42,529 nucleotides of DNA from Trueperaceae bacterium (GCA_040905465.1 JBBDRK010000030.1:1-42529); one strand, 5' to 3'. Positions 1 through 10,073 are shown, numbered from the stretch's first letter. A program made the numbers and translations. The notes: a model not told the origin generated them from the sequence alone.

Positions 1-1
1 C

Positions 2-517
2 GGCAACCAGCAAGGCGGCGCTGGTGACGCCCACGAGGCCGGTCAGGCTCAGCAGCCCGCTCGGCTGTCCCGCGGCAAGCCAGCCGAGGGCGAAGCCGAG
101 TCCGCCCTGACCCAGGGCTATCGCCGTGAGAGCCGCAGCCGGCCGCGCCTTGAGTCTGATCGTCGGGTGCGAGTAGGCGGTGAAGACGACGAACAGTGCC
201 AGCCACGCCACCAGGAACGGTCCGCCGACCACGGCCGCCGGCGGCAGGCCGAGCGCCTGGACGATCAGTGAAAAACGCAGCAGGCCGGGGTCTACCGGTG
301 GAGGTACCAGCATTCCGCCGATCGGCCCCTCGTCTCGGTCGTAGTACGAGTTGAAGGCGGTCGTGCCGCCGTACAGGAACAGGTGGAGCGACAGGTAGCC
401 AAGCCAGAAGCGCGGCTGCGCCGGGTCGGCACCCGCCAGGAACGCCCCCCACAGGTATACCGGGCTGAGCAGCAGGTTGAAGCCGAGCCGCAGATGCAGC
501 AGGTATGGATGACGCAT
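2..517 (-). CDS. UbiA-family prenyltransferase (5' part; runs off window start)
   Basis: Hand translation, not in the ORF track: MRHPYLLHLRLGFNLLLSPVYLWG...LYGGTTAFNSYYDRDEGPIGG...AYSHPTIRLK. Hydrophobic, with a UbiA Asp-rich NxxxDxD motif and YSxPxxRLK. Alternative in-frame GTG at 547. Confidence 0.75.
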   Translation of the reverse strand, partial: MRHPYLLHLRLGFNLLLSPVYLWGAFLAGADPAQPRFWLGYLSLHLFLYGGTTAFNSYYDRDEGPIGGMLVPPPVDPGLLRFSLIVQALGLPPAAVVGGPFLVAWLALFVVFTAYSHPTIRLKARPAAALTAIALGQGGLGFALGWLAAGQPSGLLSLTGLVGVTSAALLVA

Positions 518-540
518 TGCCGTAGCCAGTGGGCCGACGC

Positions 541-780
541 TCGCCACGTCACGGTCCTCGCACGGCGAGGGTCACCGCGGCACGATGCCGGCAAGTTCCG
601 CTCACGTCACGATCTCCGGCGCCGTTTCGAGCACGGCGTCACGAACTCCGGCCGTTACCCGCACGGCGTCACGAACTCGCCACGCCACGCTCACCGCTTC
701 GCAACCCTGGGACGTTACGCCCGCGGCGTCACATTTCCGGCAGGCGACCCTCACGGCGTCACAATCCCCTCATGGTGAAG
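541..780. repeat. Degenerate ~30-bp tandem repeat array (~8 units, core cacggcgtcac)
   Basis: Units at 631, 661, 691, 721 and 751 are in exact 30-bp register (gcacggcgtcacgaac, gcacggcgtcacgaac, tcaccgcttcgcaacc, ccgcggcgtcacattt, tcacggcgtcacaatc). Looser units at ~541, ~572 and ~599. Confidence 0.75.
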
Positions 781-1916
781 TACCGGGCGGCCCCGGTCCG
801 GACCGGCCGCGACATCACGAGTCGTAGCGCCAGTTGCCGGAGCGGGCCCGGCAGGCCGGCCCTGCCGAGCGCCGTGTTGAGCCGGACCCGCCGGGCCGCG
901 GCCCGCGCCCGACCCCATTGCAGCCGCTGGTAGCGCTCGGGATGCCAAGCGCCGCTTCCGTCGGCGAGTTCGGAAGCCAGAGTGAGCGCGCCGAGCCAGC
1001 CAAGATTCATCCCCTGCCCGCCGATCGGCGAGATCACATGAGCGGCGTCGCCGGCCAACGCCCAGTTCCGGCCGGCCAGGCGCCTGGCCAAGCGGGTTTC
1101 GGCGCTGAAGGCGCTCACCGTCGCGGCGAGCTCGTGCGGCGGCGCGGGCGCCATTTTCGCCGGCTCGTGCCGCGCCGGCTCCCGAAGCAGGGAAACACCG
1201 GTGCGCTGGAACACAAGTTCCGCCAGATGCGCGAATGTGGGCGTCTCGCCGCGACCACCGGTACGCACCACCCAACGCCGCCTGCTGCCGGGCAACGGGA
1301 ACGACTCCACCACCCCGGAACCGGTCAGAAAGATGACCGCGTCGGTTGCCAGGTCGCTGTCGTCGGCAATGTCGGCCATCAGGTAGTGGTCGGCGTGAGG
1401 GCGCACCTCGACGTCCACGCCGACAGACTCACGCACCGAGCTCGAGCGGCCGTCGCAACCCACCACGAAGTCCACTTCGACCCCCCTCTCGCCGGCGAGC
1501 TCCAGACGCACTCCGGCGCCCTGTCGGCCGACCGCTTCGAGCTCCACGCCGCGCCGGATCGTCCCCGGCGCCAGCTCTTCCAGACACTCCTCCAGCACCG
1601 CCTCGGTGGCGCCCTGGGGCGACGACAACACGAACCGGTAGGGCGGCGGACAAGAAGCAAGAGAGAGGACGCCCAGCTCTCGCCGGTCGAGAAAGAGGCG
1701 CGCCCGGGCTATAGCCACGCCGCAAGCGATGAGTGGAGCGGCCGCGTTCACCAGGTCCAGCGCCTCCAGCGCCGGAGGATGGATGCCGATCGAACGGGAG
1801 CCGTGCTGCCGTTCCCGGCGACGCTCCAGAACGGTCACATCGTGCCCGGAGTGCACCAGAAGACAGGCCAGGAACAGGCCCACCGGGCCGGCGCCGACCA
1901 CCGCGATCCGGCTCAT
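759..1916 (-). CDS. FAD-dependent monooxygenase (aromatic hydroxylase family)
   Basis: True start MSRIAVVGAGPVG (GxGxxG) at 1916, inside track ORF 759..2534. Motifs VGCDGRSSSVR and LAGDAAHVISPIGGQGMNLG. ATGA overlap with the upstream methyltransferase stop. Confidence 0.9.
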   Translation of the reverse strand: MSRIAVVGAGPVGLFLACLLVHSGHDVTVLERRRERQHGSRSIGIHPPALEALDLVNAAAPLIACGVAIARARLFLDRRELGVLSLASCPPPYRFVLSSPQGATEAVLEECLEELAPGTIRRGVELEAVGRQGAGVRLELAGERGVEVDFVVGCDGRSSSVRESVGVDVEVRPHADHYLMADIADDSDLATDAVIFLTGSGVVESFPLPGSRRRWVVRTGGRGETPTFAHLAELVFQRTGVSLLREPARHEPAKMAPAPPHELAATVSAFSAETRLARRLAGRNWALAGDAAHVISPIGGQGMNLGWLGALTLASELADGSGAWHPERYQRLQWGRARAAARRVRLNTALGRAGLPGPLRQLALRLVMSRPVRTGAARYFTMRGL

Positions 1917-2584
1917 GGCTCCCGCACGACGAGGTTCCTGAACGGAGCTAGCGTGTCGACGCGCCACCCGGACGGAAGCAGGTCGCGGAGCTCGTCGGGC
2001 GTGAACGACCGACGGATGGAGCGCAGGCCGTCCTCGACGATGAAGGACCGCAGGAAGAACGGCCTGGTGAGCGAGAAGGCCAACCAGGCGGCAGCGTGGC
2101 GCCGTAGGTCGTTGTGGAGCGCCAGACCGGCGGAAAGCTGTCCGCTCAACTCGAGGAAACCGGTGATCCGGTCGGCCGGCAGATGATGGAGCACGTGGTT
2201 CGAGATTACACAGTCGAAACGGCGACCGTCGTTCGCCAGTTCTTCGGCGTCGACCTCCAGATACCTCACGCCGGCGACCGGCCGGGTCCTGGCGAACGCC
2301 AGCGCCCGCGGATCGGGATCGACGGCCGTGATTCGCAACGGAGTGCCACGCCTCTCCCCCCAGCGCGCCAGCCGGCGCGCCAGGTCTCCGCCGCCACAGC
2401 CGACATCGAGCACGGTAGATCCCCTGGCGAGGCGTGGGGCCAGGTAACGGCGGAAGACCCTCTCCCAGCCGCTGACCAGCCGGTTTACGAGTGCGAACTG
2501 GACGTAGGTGTTGTGCAGGCGCACCGGGTCGCAATCGGGATCGTCCATCCGTTCTCGCAACTCGCCGGCGCGCTCACCCAGCAC
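1913..2584 (-). CDS. Class I SAM-dependent methyltransferase (type III PKS-associated)
   Basis: ERMDDPDCDP N-terminus, VLDVGCGGGD motif I, AVDPD, FDCVISNHVLHH, DGLRSIRRSF. GTG start at 2584 chosen just after the PKS stop; start uncertain. Confidence 0.85.
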   Translation of the reverse strand: MLGERAGELRERMDDPDCDPVRLHNTYVQFALVNRLVSGWERVFRRYLAPRLARGSTVLDVGCGGGDLARRLARWGERRGTPLRITAVDPDPRALAFARTRPVAGVRYLEVDAEELANDGRRFDCVISNHVLHHLPADRITGFLELSGQLSAGLALHNDLRRHAAAWLAFSLTRPFFLRSFIVEDGLRSIRRSFTPDELRDLLPSGWRVDTLAPFRNLVVREP

Positions 2585-2589
2585 GGTGC

Positions 2590-3690
2590 TCAGCAGGCGC
2601 GCCTGAACAGGGCGCTCTCCACGGTGAGCCCGGGCCCGAAGGCGATGGCGACGACCGGTTCCTGTGGCGGGGCCGGCTCGGCCAGCAGGCGCTCGAGCAC
2701 GAAGAGCACGGTGGCGCTCGACATGTTGCCGTACTCCGCGAGCACCGCGCGCGAGGCGAGCAATGCGTCGGTGCCGAGCTCGAGCGTGCTCTCCACCTGA
2801 TCGAGAATCGCTCTGCCGCCGGGATGCACCGCCCAATGCTCCACCTCCTGCGGCCGGATCCGTGCGCCCCTGAAGAGAGGCGCGATGGCGCCGCCCACCT
2901 TGGCCTCCACTACCTCGGGTAGGCGCCGCGACAGGACCATCTCGAAGCCGGTGTCGCCGATGGTCCAGGCCATCTCGTCGCCGGCGTCGCGAGCGAGTGC
3001 GGTGGCGAACGTGTCAAGCCTCAGTGACGGAGTCTCCGGTCGCCTGGCCGTCACCACTGCCGCCGCGGCACCATCGGCGAACACGGAAGCCGCCAGCAGG
3101 CTGTCGGTGTCCCCGGCCGCCTGAAGGTGAAGCGTGCACAACTCCACCGAGGCGACCATCACGATCGCCTCGGGATCGGCCTCGCATAGCGCCCGGGCCA
3201 GGCGCAGGGCCGGAAACGCCGCGTAGCAGCCCATGAATCCGATGTGGAACCGCTCGACGCTCGGGTCGAGATCGAGGGCGTCGACCAGCTCGATATCGGG
3301 TCCCGGAGCAAAGAATCCCGTGCAGGACACGGTTATCAGGTGTGTGACATCCTGCGGCGAGCAACCCGGGGCCAGGGCCAGCGCCTTTTGGGCTGCGCAT
3401 CCGGCCAGTTTGCTCGCCTCGCGCCGGTAGGCGCGGTTTCGCTCGGCGGTGCCGGGAACGAGGAATGCGCCGCTCTCGGGATCGAAGAAGAAGCCACCGC
3501 TGTCGCCGGGCAGGAAGTCACGGACCACGCTGTGGCGCTTGTGGATGGCCGACGCACCGTATATGCCGCCCAGTACGCGGCTCGTCCGCCGGTTTCCGCC
3601 GTGCCACGCTCTCATTACTTCGAGGATCGCGTCCTGGCTGTAGCCGGTCGGCGGCACCGCGCTGGCGATCGAACTCAGGTAGGCCGTCAT
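2590..3690 (-). CDS. Type III polyketide synthase (chalcone/stilbene synthase family)
   Basis: Catalytic Cys-His-Asn in GFMGCYAA, WAVHPGG and YGNMSSAT. Also VSCTGF, VELCTLH, FADGAAA and AFGPGLTVE. Confidence 0.95.
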   Translation of the reverse strand: MTAYLSSIASAVPPTGYSQDAILEVMRAWHGGNRRTSRVLGGIYGASAIHKRHSVVRDFLPGDSGGFFFDPESGAFLVPGTAERNRAYRREASKLAGCAAQKALALAPGCSPQDVTHLITVSCTGFFAPGPDIELVDALDLDPSVERFHIGFMGCYAAFPALRLARALCEADPEAIVMVASVELCTLHLQAAGDTDSLLAASVFADGAAAAVVTARRPETPSLRLDTFATALARDAGDEMAWTIGDTGFEMVLSRRLPEVVEAKVGGAIAPLFRGARIRPQEVEHWAVHPGGRAILDQVESTLELGTDALLASRAVLAEYGNMSSATVLFVLERLLAEPAPPQEPVVAIAFGPGLTVESALFRRAC

Positions 3691-3695
3691 GGGTC

Positions 3696-3701
3696 ATCAT
3701 A
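3696..3701 (-). promoter_or_regulatory. Putative -10 box (TATGAT), leaderless PKS transcript
   Basis: TANNNT 5 nt upstream of ATG 3690; no Shine-Dalgarno. Confidence 0.5.
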
Positions 3702-3768
3702 CGAAGGCGAGCCGCCGCCGTTCGTGCCGCCGGCCAAAGTCGGCCGGACCGCCGACCGTCGCGGCCTG

Positions 3769-5559
3769 CTAACGCAGTGGAGCGCCGCCTTCACAGTAGG
3801 CGGCCTCGGCCACCCGGCGACGCAGGCCTATCAGATCCCGCCCGTGTTCGGGCAGGTGCTGCCGTAGGCGCTCGAGGTGTTCAGGCCCCTCCGGCACTCG
3901 TCGCAAGCCGTCGCTGGCCAGCAACCTGGCCCGATCGACCCCGGAGAAGGCATAGAGCTCGGCCAGCAACTTTGCCGTCTCGGCCGATTCGGAGGTGAGC
4001 AGCCGCTCGGCTCGCAGCAGCGCCGACTCCGCCAGGTAGATTATCGCCGCCAGGTCGGCCACTCGGGCAAGCAGCTCCTGTTCCGCCTCGAGCTGCTCCC
4101 GGTAGTGAAGCGCGGCTGCCGTTGCCAGCAGCAGCGCGGCTCGTTTCATCCCCTCGATGGCAACCACCGCCTGTGCCAGCTCCGGGGGCGCTTCCGGGGT
4201 TTCCGGGGCGGCGCCCTGCAGTGCCGACTGGCCCGGTCCCAGCAGGTCGAGCCGCCCCGACATCGCCCTCTTGAGGAGCTGGCTGCTCGCCAGCAGGCGA
4301 TTTATCTCGTTGGTGCCCTCGAAGATCCGGTTTATGCGGGAGTTGCGGTAGGCGAGCTCCACCGGATACTCGGCGCTATACCCGTTTCCGCCGAAGATCT
4401 GCAGCGTCTCGTCGACGATCCCGTCGAGAATCTCGGAACCGTAGACTTTGACCAGCGAGTACTCGATCACGAACTCGTCGAGTGCGGCAAGCCGGTCGCT
4501 GTCGCTCTCGCTGCCGAGCGCCCGCCGGTCGAGCTCGCCGGCTACCCGGTAGACCGCGCTTTCCAGGGCGAACGCGTCTGCCGCCATCGCCCCCACCTTC
4601 TCGCGGATCAGTCCGAACTCGGCGATGGGTCGATCGAACTGGACGCGCTCGCCTGCGTAACCCACCGCCATGCGCAGCAACTCCTTGGTTCCGCCGACGG
4701 TCCCGGCCGCCAACTTCAGCCGGCCCAGGTTGAGGATCGAGAAGGCGATCTTGTGACCCTTGCCGACCTCGCCGAGCACGTTCTCCACGGGTACCGGGGC
4801 GTCCTCCAGGTGCACCTGCCTCGTGGAGGAGCCCTTGATTCCAAGTTTCCGCTCCTCGGCACCGAAACTCAGGCCCGGCGTGTCGCGTTCCACCAGGAAG
4901 GCCGTCAATCTGTCGCGGCCGGCGCCGCTGCCCGACGCACCGTCGGTGGGCGAGCCCGGAACCTGTGCGAACACTATGAACAGGTCGGCGAATCCGGCGT
5001 TGGTGATCCACATCTTGCTGCCGCTCAGTAGGTAGTGTCGGCCGTCTGCGGACAGCGTTGCCCTGGTCTTGGCGGCGCGGGCGTCGGAGCCTGAGCTCGG
5101 CTCGGTCAGGCAGTAGGCCGCTACCGATTCGCCCGACGCCAGGCGCGGCAGATAGCGGCCGCGCTGGCGTTCGTTCCCGAAGTAGACGATCGGGAGGGTG
5201 CCTATGCAGGTATGGGCGTTGAAGGTGACGTTGAACGAGCCGGAGGCGGCCAACCTTTCCGCCACCAGCAGCGAGGCGGTCTTGCTGAGCTCCAGACCGC
5301 CGTAAGCCTCGGGAACGTCCACCGCCAGGAGGCCGAGCTCGCCGGCGGCCCGTAATTTCTGCCTGCTCAGCTCGTAATCGAGCCCCTCGAGCCGCTCGAA
5401 GTCCGGGACAATCTCACGTTCGACGAAAAGACGAGCGCTCTGCCCAACCATCTTCAATTCGGCGTCGAAGTCTTCTGGCGTCTGTATCTCATTGGCCGGA
5501 TGACGCTCGATGAGGAAGCTTCCTCCGGCTTTGGCCTCGGCAAGTGGGCTGACGGTCAT
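3769..5559 (-). CDS. Acyl-CoA dehydrogenase (long, ~600 aa FadE-like)
   Basis: AYCLTEPSSGSDA, GSKMWITNAG, KLGIKGSST, ERVQFDRPI, QIFGGNGY, RINRIFEGTNEINR. SD aggagggg upstream. Confidence 0.93.
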   Translation of the reverse strand: MTVSPLAEAKAGGSFLIERHPANEIQTPEDFDAELKMVGQSARLFVEREIVPDFERLEGLDYELSRQKLRAAGELGLLAVDVPEAYGGLELSKTASLLVAERLAASGSFNVTFNAHTCIGTLPIVYFGNERQRGRYLPRLASGESVAAYCLTEPSSGSDARAAKTRATLSADGRHYLLSGSKMWITNAGFADLFIVFAQVPGSPTDGASGSGAGRDRLTAFLVERDTPGLSFGAEERKLGIKGSSTRQVHLEDAPVPVENVLGEVGKGHKIAFSILNLGRLKLAAGTVGGTKELLRMAVGYAGERVQFDRPIAEFGLIREKVGAMAADAFALESAVYRVAGELDRRALGSESDSDRLAALDEFVIEYSLVKVYGSEILDGIVDETLQIFGGNGYSAEYPVELAYRNSRINRIFEGTNEINRLLASSQLLKRAMSGRLDLLGPGQSALQGAAPETPEAPPELAQAVVAIEGMKRAALLLATAAALHYREQLEAEQELLARVADLAAIIYLAESALLRAERLLTSESAETAKLLAELYAFSGVDRARLLASDGLRRVPEGPEHLERLRQHLPEHGRDLIGLRRRVAEAAYCEGGAPLR

Positions 5560-5683
5560 CGCGTCCCCTCCTGAGCGGCGCCGGCCCGTGCAATGTCACA
5601 CGGTCGCTGGCTGTCGGTGAGCCGAGTATACGGGCCTGATCGCACGACGGCGGGCCCGCCCTCACAGACTTGGCGGACGCGGC

Positions 5684-5906
5684 TCAGAGCAGGCCGAGCG
5701 TGACTCCTCCGTCGGGCACGATCGTCTGGCCCGTGATGTAGGCGGCCTGGCGCGAGCTAAGGTACGGCGCCTGCCAGCGACCCCTCGTCACGAGCGCTGA
5801 TAACCAGGCGCGCCCCCTCGGCGGCCAGACTTTCTGCCACCGCCAGGCCGATTTCCCGCGACCCGCCGGTCACCAATGCGATCTTTCCGCGTATTCCCAG
5901 GTCCAT
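5684..5906 (-). pseudogene. Short-chain dehydrogenase/reductase (FabG-like) remnant with large internal deletion and frameshift
   Basis: From ATG 5906: MDLGIRGKIALVTGGSREIGLAVAESLAAEGARLVISARDEGSLAGAVP*. A different frame from ~5765 reads YLSSRQAAYITGQTIVPDGGVTLGLL*, a classic SDR C-terminus. Only 223 nt; the catalytic YxxxK core is absent. Confidence 0.85.
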
Positions 5907-5914
5907 GACCGATA

Positions 5915-6940
<1,026 letters not shown>

Positions 6941-6943
6941 TCA

Positions 6944-6949
6944 AGGTTA
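6944..6949 (-). promoter_or_regulatory. Putative -10 box (TAACCT), leaderless fni
   Basis: TANNNT 6 nt upstream of ATG 6937. Confidence 0.45.
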
Positions 6950-7040
6950 GCGCACGCGGGAGCGGCCCGCGCAGAGATAAACGGACCATTCATTAAGGCG
7001 GAATCAACCTCCCGCTATACTCTTCGGCGCGGACGGACGC

Positions 7041-7046
7041 TAGCGT
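7041..7046 (+). promoter_or_regulatory. Putative -10 box (TAGCGT), leaderless S8 protease
   Basis: TANNNT 6 nt upstream of ATG 7053. Confidence 0.4.
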
Positions 7047-7052
7047 ATGGTC

Positions 7053-9542
7053 ATGAAACGCACAATATCCATCGTGAGGGCAGTCTTCGCGGCATTGATC
7101 GCCGCTGCCTTCCTCATCGCCTGCGGGAGCGGTGGCGGACCCGGCGGCCAGAACGACGGACCGGTGACGGCATCCGGCCAGCCGGTGCAACTGAGCAGCC
7201 ACGACGCCAGCGTCTGGTTCGAGCTGGAGAACACCGCCGACGAAAGCCTGGAGTGGACGATCCGTGTCGATCATGACGCAGGAAACCCGGACGCGGGTGA
7301 CTGGTTCGACATCGAGCCCCGCGAGGGAACCCTGGAGCCGTTCGGCCGCCGGCTCGTCACGCTCACCCAAAGGAGTGGGCTCTCCGCCGGCACCTACCGC
7401 AGCGTTCTGACGGTCGTCTACCGCGGAGGCGAAACCGGCTTCGAGGTAGTCGGCGAGGTCGAACCGGCGGGCAGCTCGGCGGATGGCGACGGCAGCATCT
7501 CCGGCCGCCTGGAGAGCGACAACGCGCTCATCCCCATCCGCCCACCTTCCGCCTTCGCCCGCAGCAGCCTGGGGACGAACGACGCACCGGTGGGCGAGAG
7601 ACCGGAGTTCGTCTCGGGCCAGCTGGTCGTGGGGCTCGAACCGTCCGCGCGTCCGCTGTCCGCCGAATCGGACGAGAGTTGGGCCCAGACGCTGGGCCGC
7701 CGGCACGATGTCACGATCCTCGGTGAATCGTCGGCCAGCGACGGTGGCCCGGGAGCGACGCTGGTAGTGGAGCTGGCGCCCGGCGTCGATCCGGCCGACG
7801 TAGCGTCCAGGCTGGAAGCGGACCGGACGGTGCGCTTCGTGGAACCGAATTATCTGTTCTACCCCCATTCACTACCGAACGATCCTCACCTGGCTGACGC
7901 CTGGCAACTGCCGGTTGTCGGGGCGCCGGTGGCCTGGCACGCACTGCCCGAGCTCGGCAGCGGTCCGGTGGTCGCGGTCATCGACAGTGGAATCGACCTG
8001 GACCACGAGGATCTGAGGGGCGCATTCGTTTCGGGAGGTTACGACTTCTGCGGCACTCGCGACTGCACCAGTCGCGACTCCGATCCCAGGCCGGCAGGGC
8101 TCAGCGACACGCACGGAACGCACGTGACGGGGCTGCTTGCGGCGATCTCGGGCAACGGCAGGGGGCTGGCCGGGGTGGTAGCCCGAAACGCCCGCGTCCT
8201 TCCGGTCAAGGTGTTCCACGACGGCTTCACCACCGCCGCGGCGCTGGCCGAAGCGATCCGCTGGGCATCGGGCCAGTCGGTGTCCGGAGTTCCGGGCAAC
8301 CCGAATCCCGCGGCCATCATCACCCTCAGCCTCGGCGCCGGCAACGACAGCCGGGCGGTTCGCGAGGCGATCGTCTCGGCTCAGGACCGTGGCTCGCTGA
8401 TCGTGGCATCCGCCGGCAACCAGGGTGAGAACCAGGTCGACTTCCCGGCCCGCTACCAGGACGTGCTCGGGGTAGGAGCGGTCAACAGCGAGTTCCGGCG
8501 TTCCTGTTTCTCGGACTACGGCGACGAACTCGACCTGATGGCTCCGGGGGGAGACGGATACCTGTGCAACGCGCCTCGCGACGAGGTACTCCTGTCGACT
8601 TTCCCGGGCGACGATTACGGGGCGGACGCCGGCACTTCCATGGCGGCGCCGCTGGTCGCCGGTGCGGCGGCTCTGGTGTGGGCGGAGATGACGGCGCCCG
8701 ACGCCGGGCTGGTCAGCAAGAGACTGCTGGATACGGCGCACTACGACCCGGACTACATGACCGGTGAGCGTTACGGAGCCGGAGTGCTGAGGGTCGACGC
8801 GGCGCTCGGCTTTCCCGGTCCCGGTGACCGCTCGGCCGTTCAGGCTTCCGGTCCCAGCACCGCGTTGGACACCGTGACCCTGGACAGGTCGGGCTCGTCC
8901 TCCCGCTTCTCACTGGAGGACCTCGCCGCCGGGCGCTACGCCCTCGAAGTCGACGCGGCCGGCAGCTCCCGCCCGCTATCCGGCGCTCGAACGGTGGATC
9001 TCAGCGGCGGCCAGCAAGCCTCGCTCCCGCGGCCATGCCGGTTTGTAGGGGCGCCGGCTCGACAACGCGTCGAACACGTCGACAACGCTGAACAGTCGTG
9101 CCAGGAGCGGGATCTCCCGACCCGCCAGTCCGGCCGGATAACCCTGACCGTCCCAACGCTCGTGATGGTGGCGAACCAGACTGCGCGACGTCGCCGGCAG
9201 GAACGGCAGCTCGGCGAGCATATCGAAGCCGATCTCGGTGTGCTTGCGCACCTGCACCCGTTCACTCGCACTCAACGATCCGGGTTTGAACAGGATCCGG
9301 TCGGGAAGCGCGATCTTGCCGATGTCGTGGAGGTAGGCGCCCCAGCGCAGCGCCTGGCGATCGTCCTGACTCAGCCCCAGGTGCTCGCCGAGCCGTCCCG
9401 CCATCGCCACCACCCGGTCGGTGTGCCCCTTGGTTTCCAGATCGCGACTCTCCAACAGCAGTCCCACCGTGCGCAGGCTGGCGTCTCTAGTGTCCCGCAG
9501 GGCCCGCAGGTACTCCGCAGCGACGCGCCGGGAACCCGCTGA
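7053..9542 (+). CDS. Subtilisin-like S8 serine peptidase, lipoprotein (native sequence appears to end ~9026, then reads through antisense of the HD-GYP gene)
   Basis: Signal peptide and lipobox LIAC. Catalytic triad in VAVIDSGID, THGTHVTG and GTSMAAP; oxyanion region ASAGN. Beta-rich N-terminal domain. The last ~170 aa are the antisense shadow of the HD-GYP gene. Confidence 0.85.
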   Translation: MKRTISIVRAVFAALIAAAFLIACGSGGGPGGQNDGPVTASGQPVQLSSHDASVWFELENTADESLEWTIRVDHDAGNPDAGDWFDIEPREGTLEPFGRRLVTLTQRSGLSAGTYRSVLTVVYRGGETGFEVVGEVEPAGSSADGDGSISGRLESDNALIPIRPPSAFARSSLGTNDAPVGERPEFVSGQLVVGLEPSARPLSAESDESWAQTLGRRHDVTILGESSASDGGPGATLVVELAPGVDPADVASRLEADRTVRFVEPNYLFYPHSLPNDPHLADAWQLPVVGAPVAWHALPELGSGPVVAVIDSGIDLDHEDLRGAFVSGGYDFCGTRDCTSRDSDPRPAGLSDTHGTHVTGLLAAISGNGRGLAGVVARNARVLPVKVFHDGFTTAAALAEAIRWASGQSVSGVPGNPNPAAIITLSLGAGNDSRAVREAIVSAQDRGSLIVASAGNQGENQVDFPARYQDVLGVGAVNSEFRRSCFSDYGDELDLMAPGGDGYLCNAPRDEVLLSTFPGDDYGADAGTSMAAPLVAGAAALVWAEMTAPDAGLVSKRLLDTAHYDPDYMTGERYGAGVLRVDAALGFPGPGDRSAVQASGPSTALDTVTLDRSGSSSRFSLEDLAAGRYALEVDAAGSSRPLSGARTVDLSGGQQASLPRPCRFVGAPARQRVEHVDNAEQSCQERDLPTRQSGRITLTVPTLVMVANQTARRRRQERQLGEHIEADLGVLAHLHPFTRTQRSGFEQDPVGKRDLADVVEVGAPAQRLAIVLTQPQVLAEPSRHRHHPVGVPLGFQIATLQQQSHRAQAGVSSVPQGPQVLRSDAPGTR

Positions 9543-9926
9543 CGACTCTCGCGCAGTCCCATCACGAGCCTGCCGGGCCCGCCGGGCGCGGCAGGTCCTG
9601 ACGGCTCTCTCCAGGCCGGTACGGTCTCCCGCCAATACCCAATCGGACGCACCGGCGTGAACCGCCGCCAGCCCGCTGCCTTCCCCTCTCGCCAGTGCCA
9701 CTACCGACACCTCCGGCCCGCAGTCGCAATGCGGAACGATCGATGAGCCCAGCGCCCGGTGGTCATCGGCCAATACCAGCAGAAGCGGCTCGTCGGGACC
9801 CACCTGGGCCGGCGAATCCACCAGCCGCACCGGTAGGCCGGACGTCAGCTCGAGCAGCTCGGCGCTTGCGACGAACCGCGAGCACAGCAAAGGCAAGGGA
9901 CGGAGATCGGGGGCGATATCGACCAT
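8976..9926 (-). CDS. HD-GYP domain c-di-GMP phosphodiesterase-like protein with degenerate N-terminal receiver-like region; C-terminus apparently truncated
   Basis: ETKGHTDRV, YLHDIGK, HHHERWDGQGYPAGL, DVFDALSSRRPYK. The usual following GxQFDP segment is missing. Confidence 0.85.
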   Translation of the reverse strand: MVDIAPDLRPLPLLCSRFVASAELLELTSGLPVRLVDSPAQVGPDEPLLLVLADDHRALGSSIVPHCDCGPEVSVVALARGEGSGLAAVHAGASDWVLAGDRTGLERAVRTCRARRARQARDGTARESSAGSRRVAAEYLRALRDTRDASLRTVGLLLESRDLETKGHTDRVVAMAGRLGEHLGLSQDDRQALRWGAYLHDIGKIALPDRILFKPGSLSASERVQVRKHTEIGFDMLAELPFLPATSRSLVRHHHERWDGQGYPAGLAGREIPLLARLFSVVDVFDALSSRRPYKPAWPRERGLLAAAEIHRSSAG

Positions 9927-10073
9927 GGCGAGGCGACCGAAACGGCGCGGCAGCGATGATATGTTTGCCGTCGATCGGAGGTATTAGACCAGAGCCCGCG
10001 ATGGCCATGGTGAGTGGTCGATGGGACGCTTCTCACCTCGCCTCGAGCGCCGGCGCCGAGAAGGTTGACAGAC

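Noticed and set aside
383-778. Plus-strand ORF with HGVT repeats as a RiPP-like precursor
   Set aside because: It overlaps the UbiA gene antisense, outer repeat units shift frame, no SD or -10 is evident, and no RiPP modification enzymes are nearby.
541-780. CRISPR array interpretation of the 30-bp repeats
   Set aside because: The period is far too short, the core is only ~11 nt and degenerate, the variable parts resemble each other, and there are no cas genes in the window.
1917-2534. 591-aa ORF 759..2534 as a fusion protein
   Set aside because: The first ~206 aa are an alternate-frame reading of the methyltransferase; the Rossmann motif starts at 1916.
9927-10073. Possible c-di-GMP riboswitch ahead of the HD-GYP gene
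   Set aside because: Only a GGCAAAC fragment is present; the paired stems and tetraloop/receptor of the class I aptamer are not evident. An Rfam search would settle it.
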